A DNA stretch of 64,000 nt from a virus: the IMG/VR virus record IMGVR_UViG_3300030497_000001, one strand, 5' to 3'. The translations under genes were made by a program, and so were the position numbers. Within the stretch, counting starts at the first letter, position 1. The number at the start of each line of letters is the position of its first letter. Below the pieces are notes generated by a model, which saw only the letters and a list, made by a program, of their open reading frames with translations, searched no databases and was not told the DNA's origin. Positions 14,834 to 23,262 of this stretch are shown here, piece after piece.

Positions 14834-17800
14834 ATGGAAAACTACGTAGTATATCATCTACACAGTCATATTAGTAATTTAACAGCAGGACAAGGTGCTG
14901 ACAGCGTAACAAAATATGAAGCATATATTAAGAGAGCGAAAGAATTAGGAATGAACGCTATGGCTTTCTCTGAACATGGCAGTGTCATGAACTGGATTAA
15001 GAAGAAGCAGTTGATGGAGAAAAGCGATGGCGATTTACAAGGAATGAAATACATACATGCAAACGAGGTATACTTAACTCGAAAGATTGAACAGGAAATG
15101 GTTGAGGATAAGGAAACAGGATTGTTAATCCCATCTGGAAAACTCAATCTTGAACGTGACAACTATCACTACATGTTGCTTGCAAAGAACTTTGATGGTG
15201 TCCAAGAATTGAATCAATTAACATCTGATTCATTCAGTAAAGAAGATGGGCATTTCTACTACAACCCACGTATCACATTTGATGAGTTAAAGAATACCTC
15301 TGACAATATCTTAATGACATCTGCATGTCTTGCATCTCCATTATGGAAGATGTATAAGAAGTCACAGAATGAATTTGGTCAAACAATCAATCAAGAGCTT
15401 AAAGTTGAACTTGAAGAGATGTTGCACTGGATGGGTCAAAATAGACATCGTATGTTTTTAGAAATCCAATACCATTCTCATCCAGAGCAAGTTGAGTTTA
15501 ACCGTATGTTACTGCAACTGTCGAAAGACTTAAAAATCCCATTAATAGCAGGTACGGATACTCACTCTCTTGACCAAGAACATGCAGAGCTTCGTAAAAT
15601 CTTCTTAGATTCTAAGGATGCAAGTTATGGTAACGAAGACGACTTTGACTTGACATTCAAAGATTATGCAGGTGTTGTTGAGATGTTTGAACAACAAGGA
15701 GCACTTCCACGTAATGTGTACCTTGAAGCAATACATAATACAAATGTCATGGCAGATATGGTTGAGGAATTTACGTTAGACAAAACTCCAAAATATCCAA
15801 AGATGTATGACAATCCAATTGAGGTATTCCAGAAACAAATCAATGAAGGTGTAGTGAAGCGTGGAATCAATAAATTCCCTGCTGAAAAGAAAAAAGAATA
15901 CTTTGCACGCATTAAAGAAGAGTTTGATACATATGTTAAATTAGATGCGGTTGATTATATGCTATTGCAGAAGAACATCATTGATTGGTGTCATAAGAAT
16001 GACATATATCAAGGATATGGTCGTGGGTCTGTAAACGGTAGTTTAATAGCATATATTCTAGGGATTACAGAAATGGACTCTATAAAGCATAATCTGAACT
16101 TCTTCCGATTCTTAAATCCAGACCGCATCTCTTTACCAGATATTGACATTGACTTTCCGCCATCACGAAGACAAGAAGTAATTGACTACGTGGCAAGTTT
16201 GGAAGGCGTAGACTTTGCAGAGATTATCACTTTCAATACGAAAGCATTGAAGGGGTCAATTCGTATCGTTGGTAAAGGATTGGGAATGCCTTTAGATGTC
16301 GTAGATACTATAGCCAAAGCTGTAGAAGAATTTGAGAATAAGCAAAGAATAGATGAGAAATGGAAGAAGATGTATCCAGAACTGTTTAAGTATGTTGATT
16401 TGATGTGCGGTGTAATCGAATCAATGGGCAGTCATCCCTCTGGATATGTTGTGTCACCAATTGACCTGTCAACTAATGTTTCAACAGTGTATACGAAAGA
16501 AAGTAAATATCGTGTAACTGCTGTAAACATGAAAGAGCTTGACGGTGAAAACTATGTAAAACTTGATATCCTTGGTTTGGCGAACATTGAGCTTATCAAT
16601 GACACATGCAAATTAGCAGGCATTGAGCGTTTAACGCCAGACAACATTGATATCAAAGATATGGATGTGTGGAAATCTCTTCGTGAATCAACTCTTGGTG
16701 TCTTCCAGTTTGAATCCGATTCTGCTTATGCATATCTTAAACAGCTATTCAGCGATGAGACTCTTGACTACATCAAGACCAACATTGGTGACGTTGACTA
16801 CATCGACCTACTATCAATGGCAAATGGAGCAATCCGACCATCTGGTAACTCATATCGTTATGAACTAGCACAAGGTATAGCCAAGGATAATGGTCACCCT
16901 GCTTTGAATGAAGCACTTAAACCAACATTAGGCTACCTTATCTTCCAAGAGCAAATCATGAAATTCTTAACAGACTTCTGTGACCATACAGGTGCAGAAT
17001 CCGATACAGTAAGACGTGGACTTGCGAAGAAGGAAGGTACAGAGCAATACTTGCCTAAAATCCATGACGGTTTCATTTCTTATATGGGTGAAAAATATGG
17101 TGAATCAGCAGAGCATTCAGAAGAGATTCTGCAATCATTCCTGCAAGTAATCAATGATGCATCTCGTTACGGTTTCTCTACGAATCACTCACAACCATAT
17201 TCTTACATTGGCTATATTGGAGCTTATCTAAGATATCATTATCCATTAGAGTTTATGACGACAATCTTAAACATCCAAGATGATGACAAAGATAAAACGA
17301 CAAAGATTGTCAACTACGCTAAGAAGAAGGATATCGAAATAAAGTCAATTGAGTTTGGTAAGTCAAGAGCTTCTTACACGTTGAATCGTGAAGAACAAAA
17401 CGTCTACAAAGGCATTGCTTCAATCAAATTCCTTAACCGTAAAGTTGCTGATGAGCTGTATGAATTGGCACATGCCAAGGATTATGACCGTAATGATTGG
17501 GTGGGATTGTTAGTCGATATCTTTAAGACATCTGCCGACACTCGACAAATGGAGATTCTAATCCGATTAGACTTCTTCAAAGAGTTTGGAGACAAAGAGG
17601 TACTGCTTGAAATTTATCTTGCTATGGCAGATAAAAAGAAAGCCAATACTGAATTATATCCAGAGTTTGCAGATAAAGAGATTGTCGAAACAAAAGTCAA
17701 TAAGAAAACTGGTGAGACAACGTATAAGCCTAAGACAATCAAACGTCCTCTTAAATTCACAAATGATTTAAAAGAGAACACACAGCTTATACGTCTGGAA

Positions 17801-18208
17801 AACCTTCGTGCCTACGAGAAAGCTGTACGTGAGAACCCACCTGCTAAGATTGAACTTTACGAACAGATTGCATTTGAGAAAGACAATTTAGGTTATGCAG
17901 TTTCCACATGGCATAATGTAAATGGTGCGTTTGCTTTAGTCATTGACATCAACAAGAAGTACACACCTAAAGTGACACTTTATCAAATCAAGACAGGTAA
18001 AGAGATAGTAGTTAAAGTATCTAAGAAGAAATTCTTCTCTGAATACGATGACTTGCTGTATGTGGGAGATATCATCAAGGTGGTAGAGACAGAAGAGAAA
18101 AACGGATGGAGAAATGTGGACGGTAAATGGGTCGAAGACACATCTAAGCAGGAGCTATGGCTAGAACTAGCAGAGCTAATCCGTAAGAGCAATAAACGTA
18201 GTGCATAA
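14834..18208 (+). CDS. dnaE: DNA polymerase III alpha subunit (DnaE-type, PHP domain)
   Basis: PHP motifs HLHSH and SEHG. Polymerase core GRGSVNGSLIAYILGIT, PDIDIDF, KLDILGL. 1124 aa. Confidence 0.9.
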   Translation: MENYVVYHLHSHISNLTAGQGADSVTKYEAYIKRAKELGMNAMAFSEHGSVMNWIKKKQLMEKSDGDLQGMKYIHANEVYLTRKIEQEMVEDKETGLLIPSGKLNLERDNYHYMLLAKNFDGVQELNQLTSDSFSKEDGHFYYNPRITFDELKNTSDNILMTSACLASPLWKMYKKSQNEFGQTINQELKVELEEMLHWMGQNRHRMFLEIQYHSHPEQVEFNRMLLQLSKDLKIPLIAGTDTHSLDQEHAELRKIFLDSKDASYGNEDDFDLTFKDYAGVVEMFEQQGALPRNVYLEAIHNTNVMADMVEEFTLDKTPKYPKMYDNPIEVFQKQINEGVVKRGINKFPAEKKKEYFARIKEEFDTYVKLDAVDYMLLQKNIIDWCHKNDIYQGYGRGSVNGSLIAYILGITEMDSIKHNLNFFRFLNPDRISLPDIDIDFPPSRRQEVIDYVASLEGVDFAEIITFNTKALKGSIRIVGKGLGMPLDVVDTIAKAVEEFENKQRIDEKWKKMYPELFKYVDLMCGVIESMGSHPSGYVVSPIDLSTNVSTVYTKESKYRVTAVNMKELDGENYVKLDILGLANIELINDTCKLAGIERLTPDNIDIKDMDVWKSLRESTLGVFQFESDSAYAYLKQLFSDETLDYIKTNIGDVDYIDLLSMANGAIRPSGNSYRYELAQGIAKDNGHPALNEALKPTLGYLIFQEQIMKFLTDFCDHTGAESDTVRRGLAKKEGTEQYLPKIHDGFISYMGEKYGESAEHSEEILQSFLQVINDASRYGFSTNHSQPYSYIGYIGAYLRYHYPLEFMTTILNIQDDDKDKTTKIVNYAKKKDIEIKSIEFGKSRASYTLNREEQNVYKGIASIKFLNRKVADELYELAHAKDYDRNDWVGLLVDIFKTSADTRQMEILIRLDFFKEFGDKEVLLEIYLAMADKKKANTELYPEFADKEIVETKVNKKTGETTYKPKTIKRPLKFTNDLKENTQLIRLENLRAYEKAVRENPPAKIELYEQIAFEKDNLGYAVSTWHNVNGAFALVIDINKKYTPKVTLYQIKTGKEIVVKVSKKKFFSEYDDLLYVGDIIKVVETEEKNGWRNVDGKWVEDTSKQELWLELAELIRKSNKRSA

Positions 18209-18209
18209 T

Positions 18210-18238
18210 TTGACAGAAGCAACAAGTTATAGTATAAT
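18210..18238 (+). promoter_or_regulatory. consensus sigma-A promoter (TTGACA-N17-TATAAT)
   Basis: -35 at 18210-18215, -10 at 18233-18238. Starts 2 nt after the dnaE stop. Confidence 0.6.
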
Positions 18239-18242
18239 GAGG

Positions 18243-18271
18243 ATAGGCAGTCGAAAGACTGTCTATTTTTG
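18243..18271 (+). terminator. GAAA-tetraloop hairpin + T-run (terminator and/or 5' leader stem-loop)
   Basis: ATAGGCAGTC-GAAA-GACTGTCTAT followed by TTTTT. Shares the 13-nt core AGTCGAAAGACTG with the hairpin at 6955. Confidence 0.65.
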
Positions 18272-18297
18272 TATAGGGATTAAAGGAGATGGCTACA

Positions 18298-18453
18298 ATG
18301 ACACGATATACGTTTGAACAAAAGGAAAGTATAGGCAAATGCCCTTGCTGTGAAACTAATGTATTTGATAACCAATTATATGTAGAAGAAGATGGGAATG
18401 TTTACCATTTGTCCTGCTACAATGATAAGAAAAAAGAAGCAGGGGAGTCTTAA
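18298..18453 (+). CDS. 51-aa zinc-ribbon-like protein (absent from the ORF track)
   Basis: Own translation: MTRYTFEQKESIGKCPCCETNVFDNQLYVEEDGNVYHLSCYNDKKKEAGES. AAGGAG lies 9 nt upstream of the ATG at 18298. CxCC...HxxC ligands. Confidence 0.55.
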   Translation: MTRYTFEQKESIGKCPCCETNVFDNQLYVEEDGNVYHLSCYNDKKKEAGES

Positions 18454-18469
18454 AAAAAGACTTCCTTTT
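18443..18469 (+). terminator. rho-independent terminator
   Basis: GGGAGTCTT-AAAAA-AAGACTTCC (9 bp, one G-U) followed by TTTT. Overlaps the stop codon of the small ORF. Confidence 0.65.
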
Positions 18470-18473
18470 GCTA

Positions 18474-18502
18474 TTTACAAGAGTAAAAAATAATGATATA
18501 AT
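18474..18502 (+). promoter_or_regulatory. sigma-A-type promoter (TTTACA-N17-TATAAT, extended TG)
   Basis: -35 at 18474-18479, spacer AGAGTAAAAAATAATGA, -10 at 18497-18502. Confidence 0.65.
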
Positions 18503-18529
18503 GAAAACAAGTTAAAGGAATGAAAGATT

Positions 18530-19108
18530 TTGAGTAACAAGAAATACCTATGGGGCTTAGACATTAGCCTTCGTAATACAGGATTAGCGATTTATGATTT
18601 AGAAGAAGAGAAGTTTGTGCATGTGGATAGCTTCTTAACAGAGAAGATTTATGCAACAAAGCAATATAAGGGCTACAACCTACACGCATTGAAGCTTAAA
18701 AAGATTACTGAATGGATTAAAGAGATGTATCTTAAATATCCACCAGAGATTGTAGCAATGGAACAAATCATTAGTAAGAAGAAAAAGACTGCAAGTGGAT
18801 TCGCATTTGCACAGCACAATGATATCATTGCACTTTCTAAGGTGCATGGAGTAATTCAATGTATGTTATGGAAAATTCCACAGGAGATTTATTCTCCAAC
18901 AGAAATCAAGAAATATGTTGTCAAAGGTAACGCAACAAAAGACTTAGTACAAGATGTCTTGAAATTGCGATTCCCATACATAAAGTTCTTAGATGATGAC
19001 CAATCAGATGCAGTTGCAGTAGCGGTCACTTATCTAGTTAAGAATGGTCTTCTTGAATGGAAGAAGCCATTGATTAAAGATGTGATGAAAAATAAGAGGG
19101 GAGAATGA
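18530..19108 (+). CDS. ruvC: RuvC-like Holliday junction resolvase
   Basis: N-terminal LWGLDISLRNTGLAIYD (catalytic Asp), central VAMEQ, C-terminal DQSDAVAVAV. TTG start. Confidence 0.75.
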   Translation: MSNKKYLWGLDISLRNTGLAIYDLEEEKFVHVDSFLTEKIYATKQYKGYNLHALKLKKITEWIKEMYLKYPPEIVAMEQIISKKKKTASGFAFAQHNDIIALSKVHGVIQCMLWKIPQEIYSPTEIKKYVVKGNATKDLVQDVLKLRFPYIKFLDDDQSDAVAVAVTYLVKNGLLEWKKPLIKDVMKNKRGE

Positions 19109-19111
19109 TGA

Positions 19112-19681
19112 ATGGGATTTTGGGATAAGTTAAAAGACTTAGTGTTGGAGAAAGAGCCAGAGGTGGAAGAGGATTTAGTTGAAGAGGTCTATGAGAAGAC
19201 TGTGTTTGAAAACAGTAGCTTTGTAAACCTTAAAAAGAAACCAGAGCCAGAACCATTTAACTATCCAGAAAAGGTTGCAGTGCAAATAAATGGGTCTTAT
19301 GAGTTTAGGTTTGAAGAGAATCAATTTGTTGAAAGATATAGGGCACATGGAATAGAGATGGATTTGTTTGACATATTCATCATATTCCATGCAAGTATCA
19401 ACTGCACAGTAGATGAGTTTAATATCACTATACCTGCTCACTACAAAATACATGTTGCAAGTGGAACGTCAGAAGAACAAGCATACATAAAACTTGCTAA
19501 AAAAACAGAAGAAGAAGAGAGGGAGTTTATAATGGACGAATTAAAACCGAGAGTTATTAATGACATTAAAGAAAAGATTTCCGAAGAACGATATAAACAA
19601 ATCAAGAAGCAAGTGGAAGAAAAAGGCAAAATCCGATTCGATGTCGTGATGGAAATCGAAAAAGATAAATTGACAAAATAA
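19112..19681 (+). CDS. hypothetical protein (paralog of the next gene; N-terminal GFWDKLKDL motif)
   Basis: ORF with a GAGGGGAG RBS. The C-terminal region aligns with the 19705-20139 product. Confidence 0.65.
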   Translation: MGFWDKLKDLVLEKEPEVEEDLVEEVYEKTVFENSSFVNLKKKPEPEPFNYPEKVAVQINGSYEFRFEENQFVERYRAHGIEMDLFDIFIIFHASINCTVDEFNITIPAHYKIHVASGTSEEQAYIKLAKKTEEEEREFIMDELKPRVINDIKEKISEERYKQIKKQVEEKGKIRFDVVMEIEKDKLTK

Positions 19682-19704
19682 AACATATAAAGGGGAGAAC
19701 GTAA

Positions 19705-20139
19705 ATGATAAATTTTTTCAAAAAGCTATTTACAAATCATGAAGAGAAAACTATTGATGTTAGTATTGTAGGCGATTATTGGTATAGGTTGGATAAAAAC
19801 TTTAGTATGAGTGCAAAAGATTATTCAGTTGTTGCACTGATTGATATCACTGTAGAATGCGAAATTAGAGGTATTCAATTTTTTGATGAATTTATTGCTA
19901 CGGCAGACATTGTAGAAGGTCATGATAGAAAAGATGCATATGAGAATTTTGTGAAAATGCCAGAAGAAAAAAGGAGAAAAGCTATGTTGAGATATTTAAA
20001 GGAAAGAGTCATTAGAAGAATAGAAAATAGATTCGAAGACATTAGTAATGAAGATATTGATAAAGCTTTAAAGGATATGGGCAAGTCTCCACTTAATTTC
20101 ACTATGAAAATCGAAGAGTCCAAAATAGCCAAAAAATAA
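19705..20139 (+). CDS. hypothetical protein (N-terminal NFFKKLF motif)
   Basis: ORF with an AAGGGGAG RBS. Paralogous to the 19112-19681 product. Confidence 0.65.
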   Translation: MINFFKKLFTNHEEKTIDVSIVGDYWYRLDKNFSMSAKDYSVVALIDITVECEIRGIQFFDEFIATADIVEGHDRKDAYENFVKMPEEKRRKAMLRYLKERVIRRIENRFEDISNEDIDKALKDMGKSPLNFTMKIEESKIAKK

Positions 20140-20165
20140 ATCCCCTCTATTGAGGGGATTTTTGA
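20139..20165. terminator. bidirectional rho-independent terminator at the convergence point
   Basis: AATCCCCTC-TATT-GAGGGGATT: perfect 9-bp stem flanked by an A-run upstream and a T-run downstream. Confidence 0.8.
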
Positions 20166-20194
20166 TATGTGTTTTGCTTGATAAAACTGCTCTT

Positions 20195-20722
20195 TTATAC
20201 AGACTTATATTGGTAATAACCTTTTGTTCTCGCACGCTCTACTTGACCAGTAGATTTCATAATGCGTGGTAATAAATTATTTTGGAAGTTCTTTTGACCA
20301 ATCTTGCCATTGAACTTTTTATTTACTTTCTTATATAACTCTTGCAGATGCATTGGAGTCTTTTCAGTTCTTAAAACAGAAATGATTGTGCTTGCAACTA
20401 AATCTCTATCTAATGTATCTCTGTTACGTAATCCACTGATTGGATACTTAGCTTTAAGCTGTACTGACTTCTCTTCTTTTACTACTGGTTTTGGTTCAAC
20501 TGCTTCAATGATTTTTTCTGCTTCAACTGTTGCAGAGATTTCGTTTGCACGAAGAGCTACATATTCACTTAATGTAATTTCAGTGATTCCACGATTTTCA
20601 AGTGCCACTAACTCATCTGCACAATCTTTAAGACCTTTGTGCAAATCTGCAAGTCTAGCTTGCTCTTTTTCTATCTCTTGCATCTTTGTGTTAATATACA
20701 ATTTCTCTTGATTAATATTCAT
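20195..20722 (-). CDS. coiled-coil + C-terminal winged-helix DNA-binding protein (Rok/HARE-HTH-like architecture)
   Basis: N-terminal heptad-rich segment, charged linker, then a C-terminal ..ISVLRTEKTPMHLQELYKKV......NFQNNLLPRIMKS..VERA.TKGYYQYK wHTH-like module. AAGGAGAG RBS. Confidence 0.5.
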   Translation of the reverse strand: MNINQEKLYINTKMQEIEKEQARLADLHKGLKDCADELVALENRGITEITLSEYVALRANEISATVEAEKIIEAVEPKPVVKEEKSVQLKAKYPISGLRNRDTLDRDLVASTIISVLRTEKTPMHLQELYKKVNKKFNGKIGQKNFQNNLLPRIMKSTGQVERARTKGYYQYKSV

Positions 20723-20763
20723 TTATTAATCTCTCCTTCGTGTTCAAATGTCTTACAGTTTTG

Positions 20764-20793
20764 ATTGTATTATATGATATTGATACTTGTCAA
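20764..20793 (-). promoter_or_regulatory. sigma-A-type promoter (TTGACA-N18-TACAAT) for the 20195-20722 gene
   Basis: Minus-strand TTGACA at 20793-20788 and TACAAT at 20769-20764. Confidence 0.5.
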
Positions 20794-20803
20794 CAATTAT
20801 TAT

Positions 20804-21763
20804 TTACTTTGTACTCCATGTTCCATCTGTACCTTGACCATAGATAGTGACACGATTTAAACCTTCTATTGAAAGTTCTGAATAATCAATCTCTGCTACG
20901 ATATCTGTATTGGCACTCTTCGCACCACCAGAATCCGCTAGGAATCCAGTTTGATAATCAGAGCCACCAACCATCACCTTATACGCTTGAACATCTTTAT
21001 CGAACTTAAAAGTAATATATGTTTTGTCCTGCCCAGATATTCTACTTATTTTTGATTTTGTTGCTGATACTACAGATGCGATAGGAGCAGAGCTTCCCAT
21101 ACCAATATCTAATCCATTGTTATAGTTTTGCAGAACCTCTGCATCTGTCAAGGCTTTAGTATATCCTCTTACAGCATATATGCTACCTTTAAAGAATGTA
21201 TTCTTTGCATTATAATAATTACATCCTATATAGAGATTATAATTTGTTCTAGTAAATGGAAGTGTAGTTCTAACATCTGTTGCAACTAATTGACCATTCA
21301 CATACATCTTCTTTGTTGTTGATGTAAATGTAAATACAATATGAAGGATGTTTGTGCCTAATGTCATCTCTGGACTATTTAGTGTTGCACCTCCACCACG
21401 TTCATAATACATACCTACACTTTCTCTACCTGCTTGAAACGCACCAGTAGTAGACATAGTTACACGTTCTGTCGTTCCATACCACTTTGTAATATGTGTG
21501 AACTGATTTGCATCTCCTGCAACCCTTTGGACTATACAGTCAATTGTAAACTCACTGTTTTGACTAGCCAAGGTAAATCCTGTTATATCAACTGTACTAT
21601 TTGTTCCATTGAATGTAGGAACACCATTAGTGAAAGTGATGTTATTCATCGTTCCTATTGGCACACCAGATGGTGATGATGGTGAAATGTTCTCCCATCC
21701 AAGTGCAGAACACTTGCTTTGATAATGCCAGTAATGGGTTAATTTGTCTGTAACTATTGCCAT
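20804..21763 (-). CDS. LamG/concanavalin-A-like lectin domain protein with C-terminal Ig-like module
   Basis: Laminin_G_3-like pattern: F.G..S.V.I......FTI...V......W.......G......NG.LV...........LYIG......FFKG.I...R.Y..ALTD.EVLQNY. The C-terminus ends ..GTDGTWSTK. Confidence 0.65.
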   Translation of the reverse strand: MAIVTDKLTHYWHYQSKCSALGWENISPSSPSGVPIGTMNNITFTNGVPTFNGTNSTVDITGFTLASQNSEFTIDCIVQRVAGDANQFTHITKWYGTTERVTMSTTGAFQAGRESVGMYYERGGGATLNSPEMTLGTNILHIVFTFTSTTKKMYVNGQLVATDVRTTLPFTRTNYNLYIGCNYYNAKNTFFKGSIYAVRGYTKALTDAEVLQNYNNGLDIGMGSSAPIASVVSATKSKISRISGQDKTYITFKFDKDVQAYKVMVGGSDYQTGFLADSGGAKSANTDIVAEIDYSELSIEGLNRVTIYGQGTDGTWSTK

Positions 21764-21775
21764 ATGTAAAACCCC

Positions 21776-22060
21776 TTAAATAAACTTAGTCATGAATGAA
21801 CCTCTACGAAGTGATGGTGTTCCATCAATTTCTCCATACCATTCATAGTAAAGTTTCTGCTCTTTTGGTTGTGTAGTATAATCATAAAAGTATTCCCCAA
21901 TAGTTTTTTTATTCACAGAAGTTAGCACTTCCGTTTTCAGCACTCTATACTTTTGGTCATAAATAACTACCTTAATTAATTGTGGGTCTACTTTTTCACC
22001 TTCAAAATTATAGAACACACATTCGAATCTGATTGTATCGCCATATTGGTATATATTCAT
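21776..22060 (-). CDS. hypothetical beta-rich protein
   Basis: ATG at 22060 lies 8 nt after AAGGAG. The GTG at 22069 overlaps the RBS. Confidence 0.55.
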   Translation of the reverse strand: MNIYQYGDTIRFECVFYNFEGEKVDPQLIKVVIYDQKYRVLKTEVLTSVNKKTIGEYFYDYTTQPKEQKLYYEWYGEIDGTPSLRRGSFMTKFI

Positions 22061-22065
22061 TTCAT

Positions 22066-22524
22066 TCACTCCTTAGTTCGACTCTTACCACTAGTAATAG
22101 TAAGAGGTCTATTCTTTTCAATTATTTCTGCTTTCCGTTCAATATCGTTATTCTGTATATTTGACTTTTTGGAATCAGATATATCTAGTTTCAATATAGT
22201 TAACGAATCTCTAATTGTGATAACCTTCTCATATAGTTCAGAAACGTTATCAACTTCATCTCTAACACGAACAAATAGTCTTGCTAGTCCTAAAGGGAAA
22301 CCATTAAAATCTATAACTCCTACCATCTGATTACCATAGATGTCAAAAGTATAGTCGTGCCTAGCTCCACTTTCATCAATTATATAAATTTCATTATTTG
22401 ACCTTCCTAGTGTTTCATTTGCATTGACCGTAATCTCAACACTTGCTTCTCTTGTTGTATATGCAGGTGCATAGATTTCAATAGTCGGTGCTGTTGTATC
22501 TAATTCTACAATGATGCAATCCAT
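22066..22524 (-). CDS. Ig-like domain protein (DTTAP...RDEVDNVS module)
   Basis: The LDTTAPTIEI...VRVRDEVDNVS domain is shared with the next gene. Confidence 0.55.
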   Translation of the reverse strand: MDCIIVELDTTAPTIEIYAPAYTTREASVEITVNANETLGRSNNEIYIIDESGARHDYTFDIYGNQMVGVIDFNGFPLGLARLFVRVRDEVDNVSELYEKVITIRDSLTILKLDISDSKKSNIQNNDIERKAEIIEKNRPLTITSGKSRTKE

Positions 22525-22574
22525 TTTAATCCCCCTTTAATCTAAAAAGAGAGGTTGCTTCTGCAACCCCTAAA

Positions 22575-23249
22575 TTATACAGACCATGTTCCTGCTTGGT
22601 TTTTAATGAACACTTTGATAATCTTGCTACCATCACCACTAGATGCTAATTCTAAGTCTTGACCAGAAATAGTAACTGTGATTGGATTTGTGTAAGCCCC
22701 TGCATTTCCTGCAACGTTTTGACTTCCATTTGCAGTAGTGATAGTTACGCCAGAACTTTCAACTGCTCCTGTTGAAGTAACAACTTTAACTTTGTATTCC
22801 TCAAACTGTGCAGGAGATGAGAATGTGAATGAAAAGATGTTTTTACCGTCTTTCTTAGACACTTTGAATACATCTGGTGCTCCAACATTTACAGTAGGAA
22901 TTGCAGTATTTAAACTGATGTTATCCGTTGCAATGCTAGATTCATTGTATACTTCATCTCGAATCTTCACCGAAATCTGTTTATTTCCGTCACCACTAGC
23001 AAGCTTAATCTGTTTGGAATCAGTGAATGAAATCCATTGTGATGTAGCTTCTGTAGTCTGGATGTTAGTGTCATATGCCACATCTACATTTCCCCAAATC
23101 TTCATTTGGTATCCTGTAGTGTCGATGTCTGTTGTTCCTAAACTAACACTAACTAATTGGCTATTAGAATATGTAGCACCTCCATTTATATTTACATATG
23201 GATTGCTTGGTGCAGTCGTATCTAATATTATATTAATATAGTTTGCCAT
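22575..23249 (-). CDS. Ig-like domain protein (DTTAP...RDEVYNES module + C-terminal GTWS module)
   Basis: LDTTAPSNP...VKIRDEVYNES. The C-terminal ~95 aa aligns with the C-terminus of the LamG protein (..EYKVKV...AGTWSV). Confidence 0.55.
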   Translation of the reverse strand: MANYINIILDTTAPSNPYVNINGGATYSNSQLVSVSLGTTDIDTTGYQMKIWGNVDVAYDTNIQTTEATSQWISFTDSKQIKLASGDGNKQISVKIRDEVYNESSIATDNISLNTAIPTVNVGAPDVFKVSKKDGKNIFSFTFSSPAQFEEYKVKVVTSTGAVESSGVTITTANGSQNVAGNAGAYTNPITVTISGQDLELASSGDGSKIIKVFIKNQAGTWSV

Positions 23250-23262
23250 TAAGATTCACCTC

